Shown here: one piece after another, positions 25,672-37,931 of the stretch
Numbering within the stretch: the first letter of the stretch is position 1
How the letters are laid out: each line of letters opens with the position of its first letter
Source: Octopus sinensis
Lineage: Eukaryota
Reading direction: 5' to 3'
Assembly: GCF_006345805.1 (NCBI RefSeq)
Contig: NC_042997.1
Location: forward strand, 17,732,001-17,796,000
Length of the DNA: 64,000 bases
The notes under the pieces: model-generated
What the model saw: only the letters and a program-made list of their open reading frames with translations
Told to the model about the DNA's origin: nothing
Databases searched by the model: none
Made by a program: the position numbers and the translations under genes

Positions 25672-26900
25672 ATCATCATCATCATCATCCTCATTTAACA
25701 TCTGTTGTCCATGCTGGCATGGGTTAGATGGTTTGATTGGGCTGACACACTGGAAGGCTGCACTAAGATACAGTTTGATTTGGGATGGTTTTCTATGGCT
25801 GGATGACCTTCCTAATTCCAGCCACTCTGAGAATGTAATGGGTGCTTTTACGTGCTACTGGCATGGGTGCTATTTGCATGACACCGGTATCTGCCATGAC
25901 TGCAATTTTGCTTGGCTTGATGGTTCTTCTCAAACATGACTTAATGCCAAGTGTCTTGGTCATTGCCTCCGTGAGACCCAACACTTGAAAGGATCTCAAC
26001 TACTTTTCCTCCATGAGGCTCAATGCTCAAAAGGAACTCAGCCATCTCACCTCTGTGTGGCCTGCTTGAAAGGAACTCTGTCACCATGCATCTGTGAAGA
26101 CCAACACTCGAAAGGAACTCAGCCACTTTGCCTCCATCAGGCTCAGAAGCTTGGCCACTTTGCTTCCACGAGACCTAACACTCGAAACAAACTCAGCCAC
26201 CTTGCCTCCATCAAACCCACTCAAAAGGAACTCGGCTACCTCACCTCTGTGAGGCCCAAAGCTTCAAAGGAGCTCACCATTTTGCTTCTGTTAGGCCCAA
26301 CACTTGAAAGGTACTAAGTCACTTTGCCTCCATGAGGCCCTATGTTCAAATGTTGACTTTTTTACGTGCCACCAGCATAGGTGCACTTGGCTTGATAGCA
26401 GAGAACATCACCAAAGTCATTACCTTTGTGAGGTTCAAAGTTCGAAGGTCATGCTTCACCAACTCATCCCATGTCTTCTTGGGTCTGCCTCTACCACATG
26501 TTCCCTCTACAGTTAGAAATCAGCATTTCTTTACACAACTTTTCTTGTCCATACACATCACATGACTATACCAGCACAGTTGTCTCTCTTGCACACCACG
26601 TCTGATTCCTCTTATGCCCAGCTTTTCTGTCAAGCTGCTTACACTCTGTCAAACATGCACACTGACATTGCACAACCAGCATAGCATACTGGCTTCATTT
26701 CTCTCAAGCCTATGCATCTTCTCAGCTGTTGTAGCCTATGTTTCACTGCCATACAGCATAGCGGACTAAGAACAGATCCCTGGTGTACTCCAACTTTTAC
26801 ATTAAATTCATCGCTGTATTCAAGGCCAACTCTCACCTTACTGACAGCATCGCTGTACATGGTTGAACAGCTCTAACAAAACCACACCTCTGCACCTAGC
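25672..26900 (-). mobile_element. RTE LINE fragment with internal deletion and a minisatellite of about 42 bp
   Basis: ORF 26639..26860 reads VKVGVHQGSVLSPL fused directly to the post-RT region (YADD lost). Tandem array at 25961-26350; 3' end and CAT tail at 25672. Confidence 0.85.
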
Positions 26901-27635
26901 TTCCTTAGAGACGACCATATAAGAGAGTGGGGAACCCTGTCTATACACACACACATACACATGTGCACACACATTCATGTATATACCAATAAATATACAT
27001 CTCACGAGATCCATTGAGACAGAATGTATTCTCTGTCAACCCTTTTTTCTATGAAATATGATATAGCCACTCTACCCAACATATGTACTAAGCTGTAAGC
27101 TGTACTGGCATTTTCCTTCTGTACTGGACATATTCCACTCATACATATACACACTCAGAGATATGCACATTCGCACACAACCATATATATATATATGTGT
27201 GTGTGTGCATGTGTATATACACACATAGGAATGTGTGTGTGTCTGTTATTTAATGCTGAAAGAATGAGGAAAGAGTGCTCAATACATGTTGTAGAGGGTA
27301 TAATTTTAAAAATTGGCTCTATAAGTTTGCTGTGTGACTTGAGTTTCATGCCAGTGTAATCATCAGACGAAACTAACATGACTCAATATTGGTGGAGTAT
27401 GTAAATCTATTGATGTATGTGGGTGGTCTGGTACTTGTGTCATTTAATTGGTTTTATGTTGTATCTATTGTAAAGTCTTTGTATTTTTCCATGCTTGCAT
27501 GGGTTGGATGGTTTGATTGAGGACTGGAATGTTTCTACAGCTGGATGTTCTTCCTAATACCAACCACTCCGAGAGTGAAGTGGGTGCTTTTTACATACCA
27601 CTTGCACATTTGGATAGTGCTTTTTATGTGCCACC

Positions 27636-28040
27636 GGTGTGGTAAGAAGCTTACTTTCTAACCACATGGTTCCAGGTTCAGTCTCTCTGCATGGTACCTT
27701 GGGAAAGTGTCTTCTACTATAGCCTTGGGCTAACTAAAGCCTTGTGAGTGGATTTGGTAGACAGAAACTAAAATAAGCCCGTTGTATATATATATGTATA
27801 TATATATATATATATATGTGCGTGTGTGTATGTGTGTGAGTGTGTGTGTGTGGTATCTTTCTGTTTGTGTTTGTCCCCCGTCACCACCTGACAACCGGCA
27901 TTGGTAGTTTAATTGCTTGGTAAAAGAGACCAATAGAATAAGTACTAGGCTTTAAAAAAAATCTTGGGTCAACTTGTTCAACTAAAACTCCTTGAAGGCA
28001 GTGCTTCACCATGGCCACAGTCAAATGACTGAAACAAGCA
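27636..28040 (+). mobile_element. tRNA-derived SINE
   Basis: gtgtggtaagaagcttactttctaaccacatggttccaggttcagtc...gccttgtgagtggatttggtagacagaaac...catggccacagtcaaatgactgaaacaag. Confidence 0.8.
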
Positions 28041-28204
28041 TATATATATATATATATGCATGTATATATATATATATATATATATATACATACACACATA
28101 TATACATATACACACATATACATATTTATATGTATGTGTGTATATATATACATATAGACATGTATATATGCATGTATACACACACATGCACACACTCACT
28201 TACA

Positions 28205-29190
28205 CACACATATAGATGGTCTTGCTCTCAAACCTGATTCTATAACAGAACTAGAAAAGAAATTCCAGGTGTGGAAGCAAAACTGGAATCAAAAGGCCTT
28301 AAGGGTGACTTAGCAAATATTAATGTCCTAGTAAGAAAACAGACAGGCCACACTCAATTGATGGGAAATGGCTCTGTTTGATATATAGGAAAAGTGAAGG
28401 CAAGAATTCTATACAGTGTACCCAGTGCAAGCTATAGATATACAAGAGATGCAGTTGAATAATAGGAAGTTTAACAGAGAAGGTAGTTTTATTTTTGCAT
28501 ATGGAAGATGCACAGGAGCTATAAAGTCTACAGATACATGAGAAATTGATTTTCTCAAATTCTCTGGAGGATTTCTTGTGGAGGAGATCTAATTTACAAA
28601 GGAAGAGGATATACAGAAATTGTAACTATTAGAATTAGAATAGGATGGAGAAAGTTCAGAGAGCTTTGACATCAGTTGGCAATGAAAGGTTCTTTCTCTC
28701 TGAGTGAAAGGAATGTTGTATGATACATGGGAATGAAAAGCAATGCTATATGGTAGTGAGAGGTGAGCCCTAAATGCAGAGGCTATGTAAGACTTGGGAG
28801 GAATGAAGTGACACTGAATGTGCAATGTCAGTGTACATGTGTGACAGAGCATGAGTGTACTGAGAGCGACATTGGGCATAAGAGAAATTATATGAAATTT
28901 GCAAAAGAGAAGACTGTGCTGGTTTGGTCATGTGATGCATATGAATGAGGATAGTTGCATGAAGAAATGCTGATCATTTACATTGGAAGGAGACTCAAGA
29001 AGACATGGGATAGAATACTGAAAGCCGTTCTCAAGATACTGAGCCTTATGAAGGAAATAATAAAGGATGGAGATATCAGACATCTTGCTATACTCAAAAA
29101 GACCTGCCCACCACAACAAAATTGATATCCTAAAGTCATCTTGGTAATGCTTGTCCATGAGGAGCTCTGCCCTATTATTCTTTCTCCCAC
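28205..29190 (+). mobile_element. Decayed RTE LINE RT region
   Basis: Similar to 34260-34850 (gaaaagaaattccaggtgtggaagcaaaactggaatcaaaaggcctt...) and to the LVWSCDAYE (cf. WFGHV) region. Confidence 0.7.
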
Positions 29191-29816
29191 CTATTTCTCC
29201 ACCTAACATCCATCATTCCTCTATCACTTGAGAGCAGAATAGGCACATGCTACATCTAGCTTTCTTAGTTGCCTCTCTTCAGTGCAATCCACTTTCATTT
29301 TCCATTATCCCCCCCTACTATCTCCACCAATGACCTCCTTTCTGTACCTTCACCCCCATCCCGTGCTATTCTCCATCATTAGCACTTCACTTATCTGCTA
29401 TCATCCTCAATGCCCTCACATATCTACTGCAATTCATGCCCTTGAGCTTTTCCAAAGTTTCTCTCCACCATTTGCTTCAGTCACCTCTGCTCTGCCCACT
29501 CACCCAGCCCAAACCTCTGTATCACTTCACCTATTCTCACCAACACCAAAGCCCCTAGGGGTATGTTCCAACTCATTTTTGCCAGCATCTCTCTTCACTA
29601 TTGCTCTTCTTATATTACTCTATATCACACTCTCCTTTCCCCTTCAACCAGGGTATCCATGTATCTACAGCAAGACACCTATCCCTGTAGTCCCTCTATA
29701 CCTTTAATCTCTCATGCAGAAGATATATTTATTTTAGATTGCAAGGATTGAATTGCCTAACTGCCCTAATGTCCAGTGTCAAAGAAAGAATTGACCAACA
29801 AAGGAATAAAATTCTT

Positions 29817-29884
29817 ATTGGATTAATGAATCAAGTGCATGCAAAATCTTTTGATTTTTGATGCACTTGACTCATTAATCCAAT
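29817..29884. other. 68-nt fold-back hairpin (24-bp stem, one mismatch)
   Basis: attggattaatgaatcaagtgcat (29817-29840) pairs with atgcacttgactcattaatccaat (29861-29884). Confidence 0.9.
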
Positions 29885-30077
29885 TAATCTTTTGATTTTG
29901 GATGCATTTGACTCATCACTAATTTTGCAATCAGGAAGTTCATGGATAAATATCACCAAGAAACGATATGACAGAATATTCATCACTCTATCGGAAAGAT
30001 TCCCCAACTTTCCATTCCAAATCCAAACTCATGACAATTGTTGCAACTTACTCCATCAAAAGAAATGTTCCTGCTAG

Positions 30078-30180
30078 AAAGATTAAATGTTGCCATTAAT
30101 AAAGCTTTTGAGAGTTTGAAAGGAATTCAGAGAAATTTCTATCATGTTATGACACAGACAAAAAAAGTGATCAATGAAGT
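30078..30180 (+). CDS. Candidate exon D (RLNVAINKAFESLKGIQRNFYHVMTQTKKVINE, phase 1-2)
   Basis: Acceptor ttcctgctag, donor AGT|gtaaat; joins exons C and E in frame (KYE-Q-RLN... INE-V-YEEL). Confidence 0.5.
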
Positions 30181-32317
30181 GTAAATGTTTGAATTTATTG
30201 AACTAAAATTATTAACTTGCGCAAGCTGCTCCTTGTCCTCAGTTGTGTTCCTTCAATTTTCATTTAACAAGTGAGTACCTTTCTTTGTTACAAAATGTGA
30301 TTAAGTTTGAATGTTGTCACCATCAATGATCTATACTACATTGAAATGTTTTTAGTAGTCAGGAAAAATTTCTTTCCACTATTCTTTAGTTTTACAATTC
30401 TACAATGTTTTAAGAATTTTTTAAATATCAAATTAGAGCATTACAAAATGAAAATTAACAAGTGGAGTCTTTTCGAAAGAATATTGGATGCATTTTTCAT
30501 AGTAATGTTTTTAATACAGTCAAAGGAACCTTATAACACCTCATCTATCTCATTTACCTGCTTCTTTACTGGTAGTGAAATAAGAATAAAGGAGAGTGAG
30601 AAGAAAGATGTATGACAGAGGTTAGGGGATGACTGATGAGTGATGCATGATAGGGGATACATGATGGGGTACTCAGTATTTTGAGATATATATATTTTTA
30701 GTCAGGACAATGCAAGTTAGAGAAAAGGGGATGATAGAACACAATGTGACCAAGGAGATGAAGCAATGAAGAGACTCAGTATATGTAGGTGAGAAGGAGC
30801 AAGAATATGATGACAGAGTGAAAATGGAGAGAAAAAGAACAGGGGAGAAGGATGAATATAGAGTGTACAGGGTACAACTGTCTCAAACAGCTAGGCTTCA
30901 TGATGAGCTAGAGAAGTTGATGTTAGGGGAATGTAAAGTAGTTGGTCCTTGTTCTAGTGAATGGTATGTATGTGTGTGTGTGTGTGTGCGTGTGTGTGTG
31001 TGTGTGTGCATATTTTTGTCCTCCATTCCTTTGTATGTATTGTATATTTATAATGAGTCAGTTCTTTTCCAAACTGTACTCTTAATACGCTGTCTTAAAC
31101 CAGGCATGATTTTATAAGAAAGAAAGGTAAGTTTTGAACTCAGTTCTACAAGCAAAAAAATCTCTTACCAATTTTTAAGTCACTGCTACTGGCTGCCACT
31201 TTCCAGAATCAGTTGTTTCAATACTTATAGTAATATATAGAAAACCACTTGAGAGTTAGGTATCTTGGATAAGTACACAATAAAGAGCTGTTGACAATAA
31301 AACAACCATTCAACCTTCCAGGTTGTGTCATATACCAACTCAAACAATTATATGTAGAGGGTTAAGATGTCTATTTTCAGAAATGCAAACACAATAATTG
31401 GAACAAAGTGTAGATGGAAACTCAAAAGTGAGATTAAAACTCATTAGAAAATGAAGGATATGCTTATAGCTTCATATGGTGTAACATTATCTTTCTACCT
31501 TTTAAAATCATATCTGTTTTGAGACAGAGCTTTATTTGACACTTTGACAGTGGGATTTTCTGTTGTTTTCTCTAAGTAGGTTTAAAGTCTGGGAATTTTG
31601 TTGCAAGCAGAGAAGGGAAGTGAAAGTGGTGACATTCATCCCTTTAACTGAACAGAATTGGGTGAAATGGTATTAGTAATGTTGGGAGAAGTGAAACTGT
31701 TAAAACCAGAAACCAAGATTGGTTTGTGAAGTATGCTTATTGCTTATTTTATGGCTACACTTGCCATTATCTTGAACAAGAGTTACATTAAAATTTAAAA
31801 GATAATAATGAATAAATAAAACATACAATAAAACAAATGATCTGATGAAGAATTTCAATGAAAGGACTGTGACTGATATTAAGTTAAGATGGCAAGAATG
31901 GGAAGAAAGAAAATATAAATGATAACAAAAAACAGAAAATATTCTTAAACTATTCTTTGACATTTCTTTTCTCTGCAACAAAGAGTTCTTCATGAAATGT
32001 TAGATTTCCTCATAGCATAAAATTTATTCCACTATTTAAACCATTTGTATTATTTAGTTATGTTGTTGTTGTCATCATCTGAAGCAGATAAAGTAATTAA
32101 TATTCTGCCTCTAATTATTTGTGCCATTATATTTTATTTCATTTGACAGTGTCACTCCACTAGTTTCTCACATCACTCAATAAGTCGTAATGGACATTAG
32201 CTGTCACAATAATAATAAATAATGTCTTCTAACTTTCACACAAAGCTACAAGTTTGAAGTAAGAAGGATGTATTTAATTGAATTAAGTTGCAGTCCTTGA
32301 CTCATACTTATTTTAAG

Positions 32318-32407
32318 TTATGAAGAACTTGGAAGGAGAAAAAGCAAAGCCAAGCACCGCAGGGATTTGAACCAAGCATATAAAGCAACATATCTAAATA
32401 TGGCAAG
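32318..32407 (+). CDS. Candidate exon E (YEELGRRKSKAKHRRDLNQAYKATYLNMA, phase 2-2)
   Basis: Acceptor cttattttaag, donor AAG|gtatat; 90 nt open in unique sequence with higher GC than the flanks. Confidence 0.5.
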
Positions 32408-33014
32408 GTATATTGTCTAGAGCTTCTACATTTACCTTTATTTATATTTTGCCTGTGCATTTTTTTTATAATACAATTATTTCTAACAGACACAAAGTTC
32501 CACATTTTGAGGGAACAGTAAACTACATAAAAATCAGCACATGATTGGTTCAAACAAATAACTATTCTTGATGAGACTTAGCGTCATCTCATTTCCTCTC
32601 ACAACAAAGATGACACACCTGCATGTTTAGATATATTCTCCAAAATTTTTGTCACACATTTCATGTGACCTTGTTGATAACTTAAATCCTCCAAATGACA
32701 TTTCTTGTATTTATGCTGATGTCTCACCTCCATTGCAAGCATGTAAGCTGTTTTAGTTCCATTTTATATATTTATTTGTTATTTATTTGCTAGCTTGTGT
32801 TATTACCAGTATAAACCCATGTTTGTGTGTATGTCATTGACTTTAGTTGCTTTTAGTCTTATTGTATCCTTATTGGCTGTGAATTAAAACAAATTGTAGG
32901 ATGTATATTTGTTTTATTTATTTGTTATATTATATCTTTTTATATAATTATATTACATTATAATGTTAATAAATTCATAACATGTCATTGTATTTTTATA
33001 TTTCCTTTAATATT

Positions 33015-33890
33015 TCATCATCATCATCATCATCATCATTCAATGTCCGCTTTCCATGCTAGCATGGGTTGAACGATTTGACTGAGGACTGGCAAACCAG
33101 ATGGCTGCACCAGACTCCAATCTGATCTGGCAGAGTTTCTACAGTTGGATGCCCTTCCTAATGCCAACCACTCTGAGACTGTAGTGGGTGCTTTTACATG
33201 CCACCGGCATGAGGGCCAGTCAGGCAGTATTGGCAATGGTCACACTCTAATGGCGTTTTTTACATGCCACCTGCACAGGAGACAGTCTAGCGGGACTGGC
33301 AACGATCTTGCTTGAATGTTTTTTCAAGTGCCAGTAAGGTGATGCTGGTAACAATCACACTCGAATGGTGCTTTTTATGTGCCACCAGCATGGAAGCCAG
33401 TCTACTGCTCTGGCAACGATCAAGCTTGGATGGGGTTCTTAGCACTCCACTAGTATGGATGCCAGTCATTGAATTTGATTTCGCTTTTGATTCCACTTGC
33501 CTCAACAGGTCTTCGCAAGCAGAATTTAGTATCCAATGAAGGAAAGGTATGCATAAGTAGGCTGGTTACACTCCTGGCATAGGCCACGAGGTTATGGTCT
33601 CGGCTTGCCAGGTCTTCTCAAGCACAGCATATTTCCAAAGGTCTCGGTCACTAGTCATTGCCTTGGTGAGGCCTAATGTTCAAAGATCATGCTTCACCAC
33701 CTCATCCCAGGTCTTCCTGGGTCTACCTCTTCCACAGGTTCCCTCGACTGCTAGGGTGTGGCACTTTTCACACAGCTATCCTCATCCATTCTCACCACAT
33801 GACCATACCAGCACAGTTGTCTTTCTTGCACAACACATATAATGCTTCTTAGGTCCAACTTTTCCCTCAAGGTACTTACACTATGTCAAG
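33015..33890 (-). mobile_element. RTE LINE 3' fragment (RT C-terminus, tandem 3' UTR units, tail)
   Basis: CAT tail at 33015-33039, family 3' end, tandem units at 33185-33430, and coding end (ccacctcatcccaggtcttcctgggtctacctcttcc, GRGRPRKTW on -). Confidence 0.85.
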
Positions 33891-34121
33891 TATGCACAAT
33901 TGAAATTATAGCATTTTAAGTTCTGATTTTTTCTCTATTAAACTTTGGTATTTAACTGAAGAACTTGTGAAAATTGGATGCTTTCCATCCCTTTGAAGGA
34001 AATTGTTTTTCCTTGGATTGAATAATAGCTATATATATATATATATGAATATATATAACTTACATAACGTAGATAACTTAGATTGGTTTCAGCCATTATC
34101 AGCCATGAATACAGTGATGAA

Positions 34122-35715
34122 TTTAGTACTCAGGTAAGGGTTCACCAGGGCTCAGTTCTCAGTCCACTCTTATTCATTATGGTCCTCCAGACCAAAACAC
34201 AGGGATTGAAAACTGGGTGCCCATGAGAACTGCTATATGCTGGTGACCTTGCTCTTATTGCAGAATCAGAAGCAGAATTGGAGAAAAAATTCCAGGTATG
34301 GAAACAAAACCTGGAATCAAAGGGCCTTGAAGTTAACCTAGCTAAGACAAAAATTGTTGTTAGTAAGAAAGAAGATAAAACTCTCTTTCTGTCTGGTAAA
34401 TGGCCCTGCTCAATATATAGGAAAGGAGTTGGAAGAAATTCCATTTGCTGCACCCAGTGTAAACTATGGACACATAAGAGTTGCAGTGGAATCACAGGTA
34501 GATTAACAGATAAAGTCATCTTTGTATGTGGCAGATGTGCAGGAACGATAAGTACTAAGAGCCCACAGAAATTAGATTCTCTTAAATGCCCAGGAGGCTC
34601 TCATGAGGCTGTAGATAGTTACTGTTACCTAGGTGACCAAATTAGCAATGGTGGAAGATGTTCTGAAAGTATTGTTTCTAGAATAAGAATTGGGTGGAGG
34701 AAGTTCAGAGAGTTATTACCTCTGTTGGCGACAAAAGGACTCTCTCTCAGAGTGAAAGGTAGACTATATGATGCTTGTGTATGAATGGCTATACTCCATG
34801 GTAGTGAGACATGGGCTCTGAATGCAGAAGGCGTGTAGACCGGAAAGAAACAAAGGTAGTATGCATTGAAGTGATGACGAGCGACCGCGTCCTTTGGAGA
34901 TATGCTGTGCTTGAGAAGACCCGGCAAGCCAAGTGAGACTGTAACCATGGCCTATGCCAGTGCAGCGTAACCAGCCCATTTAAGAGTACCCTTCAATCAT
35001 TGGACACTACCCTTCAATCATTGCAAAGACCTGTTGAGTCAAGTGAGGTCATTGTCATGGCTGATGTCAGTACCACCTGACTGGCACCTGTACCAGTGGC
35101 ATGTAAAAAGCACCATTCAAGCGTGATCAATGCCTGTTGTAGTGGACATCCCCAGGCAAGAAGTGGGCTGGTCCACTACTATTAAATAGTGGACTGACAC
35201 AGTCAGTAGAGTTGGTCAGTGAAGGTACACCATTTGGACCAGTCCCATAGAGATGACGAAATACGTCATCATCATTGGACATATCAGTGGCGACGAGGGT
35301 TTGGACAATATCACCACTGGGACATATCAGTGGTGATGAGGATTTGGACAATATTGTCACTGGGACATATCAATGCCAGTGGCAACTGTCTGGCCCTGTG
35401 CTGATGTTACGTAAAAAGCACCATTCGAGTGTGGCTGTTGCCAGTGCCATCTGACTGGCTCCCATTCCAGTGGCATGTAAAAAGCACTGTTCAAGCATGG
35501 TCGATGCCGGTGTGCCTGACTGTCCCGCATGCTGGTGGCATGTAAAAAGCACCCACCACACTCTTGGAGTGGTTGTCGTTAGGAAGGGCATCCACTGTAG
35601 AAACCTTGCCAGACCAAATTGGAGCCTTGTACAGCCATCTGGCTTACCAGTCCTCAATCAAACCGTCCAACTTATACCAGCTTGGAAAGTAGACGTTAAA
35701 TGATGACAATGATGA

Positions 35716-35720
<5 letters not shown>
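34122..35720 (+). mobile_element. Longest RTE LINE fragment in the window
   Basis: VHQGSVLSPLLFI, LLYAGDL (YADD mutated), and ORF 34278..34784 with WPCS..CTQCKLWTHKSC and GWRKFRELLPLL...GRLYDACV. A deletion is followed by the 3' UTR and GAT tail at about 35700. Confidence 0.9.
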
Positions 35721-35761
<41 letters not shown>

Positions 35762-36615
35762 ACATACATATGTATATGTGTGTGTTTGTGTTTTTACATA
35801 TATATATAGAGAGAGGGGGTGGGGATGGGGAGAGAGGGAGAGAGGAAGGGAAAGAAAAGAAAGAATTTATGTGTGACTATTGACCATGTAGATATGACAT
35901 CAACTTGTTGCAGCTTGTTAATGCGGTTTTGTTCCAGATGAGCTCTCACCAAGCAAGACTTTTGGTAAAACACTTTCCAGCCATGAGCATTCATTTTATT
36001 TATTTCATGCATAATATCTCTATAGTTACATCATCCAATGCACACTTTTTTTCAAGATAGTTGCATGTGGTTTGAGAGTGAATTGGTTGCTGTTTCTTGT
36101 AAAATCAGTGACATCATAAAAGTTCTCACATGAATGTGAAAAGTGTAAGCAAGTGTGTGTATTTGTATGTATGTTTTTAGAGAGATAGAGAGAGAGAAAG
36201 AGAGAGAGAAAGAGAGAGACTGATTGGGGACAAAACAGAGTATAATTGTGAATATATCCCAGTCCAATCCAAAATTCATAGTCTAAAGAGGCCACAAGAT
36301 CACAACAATGCAGGTATTGGGAGTTGTATTTGTTTTACAAGAGACTTGATATGAAACTGTGTACTGAATATGAAGCAGTTAAGCCATGGGAAGATCCTGT
36401 TTAACCAATAAGAAACATGCTAAAACTCATTAATTTTCTATTTATTTTATGAGGGGTAAAATTCTTATTTGATCACTTCAAACTAGTCAGTGACACTTCG
36501 TGGAATAAATGAAAAGTAAATATAATAGTTTTGCGTGTTTTTCATGTTGTTTCTAAAACATTATAGACATCTGGCAATCAAGTATTTCAAAGTTAAGAAG
36601 TCTTACCTTCTTCAG

Positions 36616-36720
36616 AGAATGTATAAAGAGCATTTTTCTCTGGCGGCCAAATGAAGACTGGGGAAGGAACTCCAAGATCATACACCAGGCTTCTCATGAG
36701 GGCTCAAAGCATCTCATGTT
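36616..36720 (+). CDS. Candidate exon F (ECIKSIFLWRPNEDWGRNSKIIHQASHEGSKHLM, phase 2-2)
   Basis: Acceptor ccttcttcag, donor GTT|gtgagc; GC-elevated unique sequence with a single open frame that continues exon E. Confidence 0.5.
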
Positions 36721-37842
36721 GTGAGCACAAGGCCAAAGAGGAGCTTTATGATATATTTTACCTGTCACTACTATTATTGCCTAATGCAAAGTAGACTTCA
36801 CTGAAGGTCACTCAACTACATTGAGGTTATTGGCAGAAATACATAATGTGAAACTGAAAATCAACCAAAGGTAATTGGGCACAGATGTTCCCAATACAGT
36901 GTTTTGAGATGCATCTCAGTTGTGACCAGCAGAAAAAGTAAAAATGGTTCTTCTACCATGTAATTTGTGTATCAATTGGCAAATAACTTGTTTAGTTGTT
37001 GGCTTTTCTGAGAAGCCTTTCTACTCCCATCCTCTCAACCTTGTTTATTGGATGGATGTTCTGTGTTATATGGTTTCATGGTATGAGAAACATGAAGAAC
37101 TTGACCTGATAACATGTATGTATTTTATGTGTCCACTTAATCCAATCCATAATGTTTAAAAATTTCCATATCCATAATGCAGCAGATACAAAAATGGTTT
37201 GAATCATGTGAAATCTCATTACTATTTGTAGCCAAAAAAAAACCCCAAAAAACAAAAAAAAAGACCAAAAACAAAAAGAAATTAGTTCAATTTAAAACAA
37301 CTTTTTTTTTATATATAATTCTTATGTGGAATGGTTGGTGATTCAAAAGAAAATCATCCTTTAGATTCCATGTCAGTAACTCTTGCTTCTTCAGTTAACT
37401 GTTAGAATAGGAAGTTATTTTTTGCAGTATGTTACATCCAGTTCAATATTTATGGTGCTAGCTAGTGGAACAGGTAAAAAATTTTTTCTGTGATTCTTGT
37501 GTTAATTCTTGTTGCTTTACAATCTATTACAACTGTTTTTGTATATGTGAGTGTGATCCAAAAGCAATTGAAAAACAAGTTTTCTTACATAACATTTTCT
37601 TTCATATGATGCATAGCAAAAGTGAGAGAAAGAAAGAGAGAAAGAGAGGGGAGAGAAAGAAAGAGAGAGAGAAAGACAGAGAGAGAGCTTAATACATTGA
37701 AATACGAGTGCATATAATTACTTACACTATCAAACATACAACTATACACATACATCATGTTAACTTGGAATACAAGACACTAATATCAGTAGAAAGGAAC
37801 TATTCATACACACACACACACACACACATACATACCAGTTAT

Positions 37843-37874
<32 letters not shown>

Positions 37875-37888
37875 TACATACCAGTTAT

Positions 37889-37931
<43 letters not shown>

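Noticed and set aside
31103-31125. 23-nt micro-exon candidate with consensus donor AAG|gtaagt
   Set aside because: Its only open frame is phase-incompatible with the following candidate exon E.
36608-36658. Minus-strand exon candidates with good splice sites (also about 10790-10855, 17600-17640, 30555-30566, 44520-44674, 7977-7998)
   Set aside because: I could not chain them into a consistent ORF, and several overlap + strand candidates. A minus-strand gene is not excluded; stranded RNA-seq would decide.
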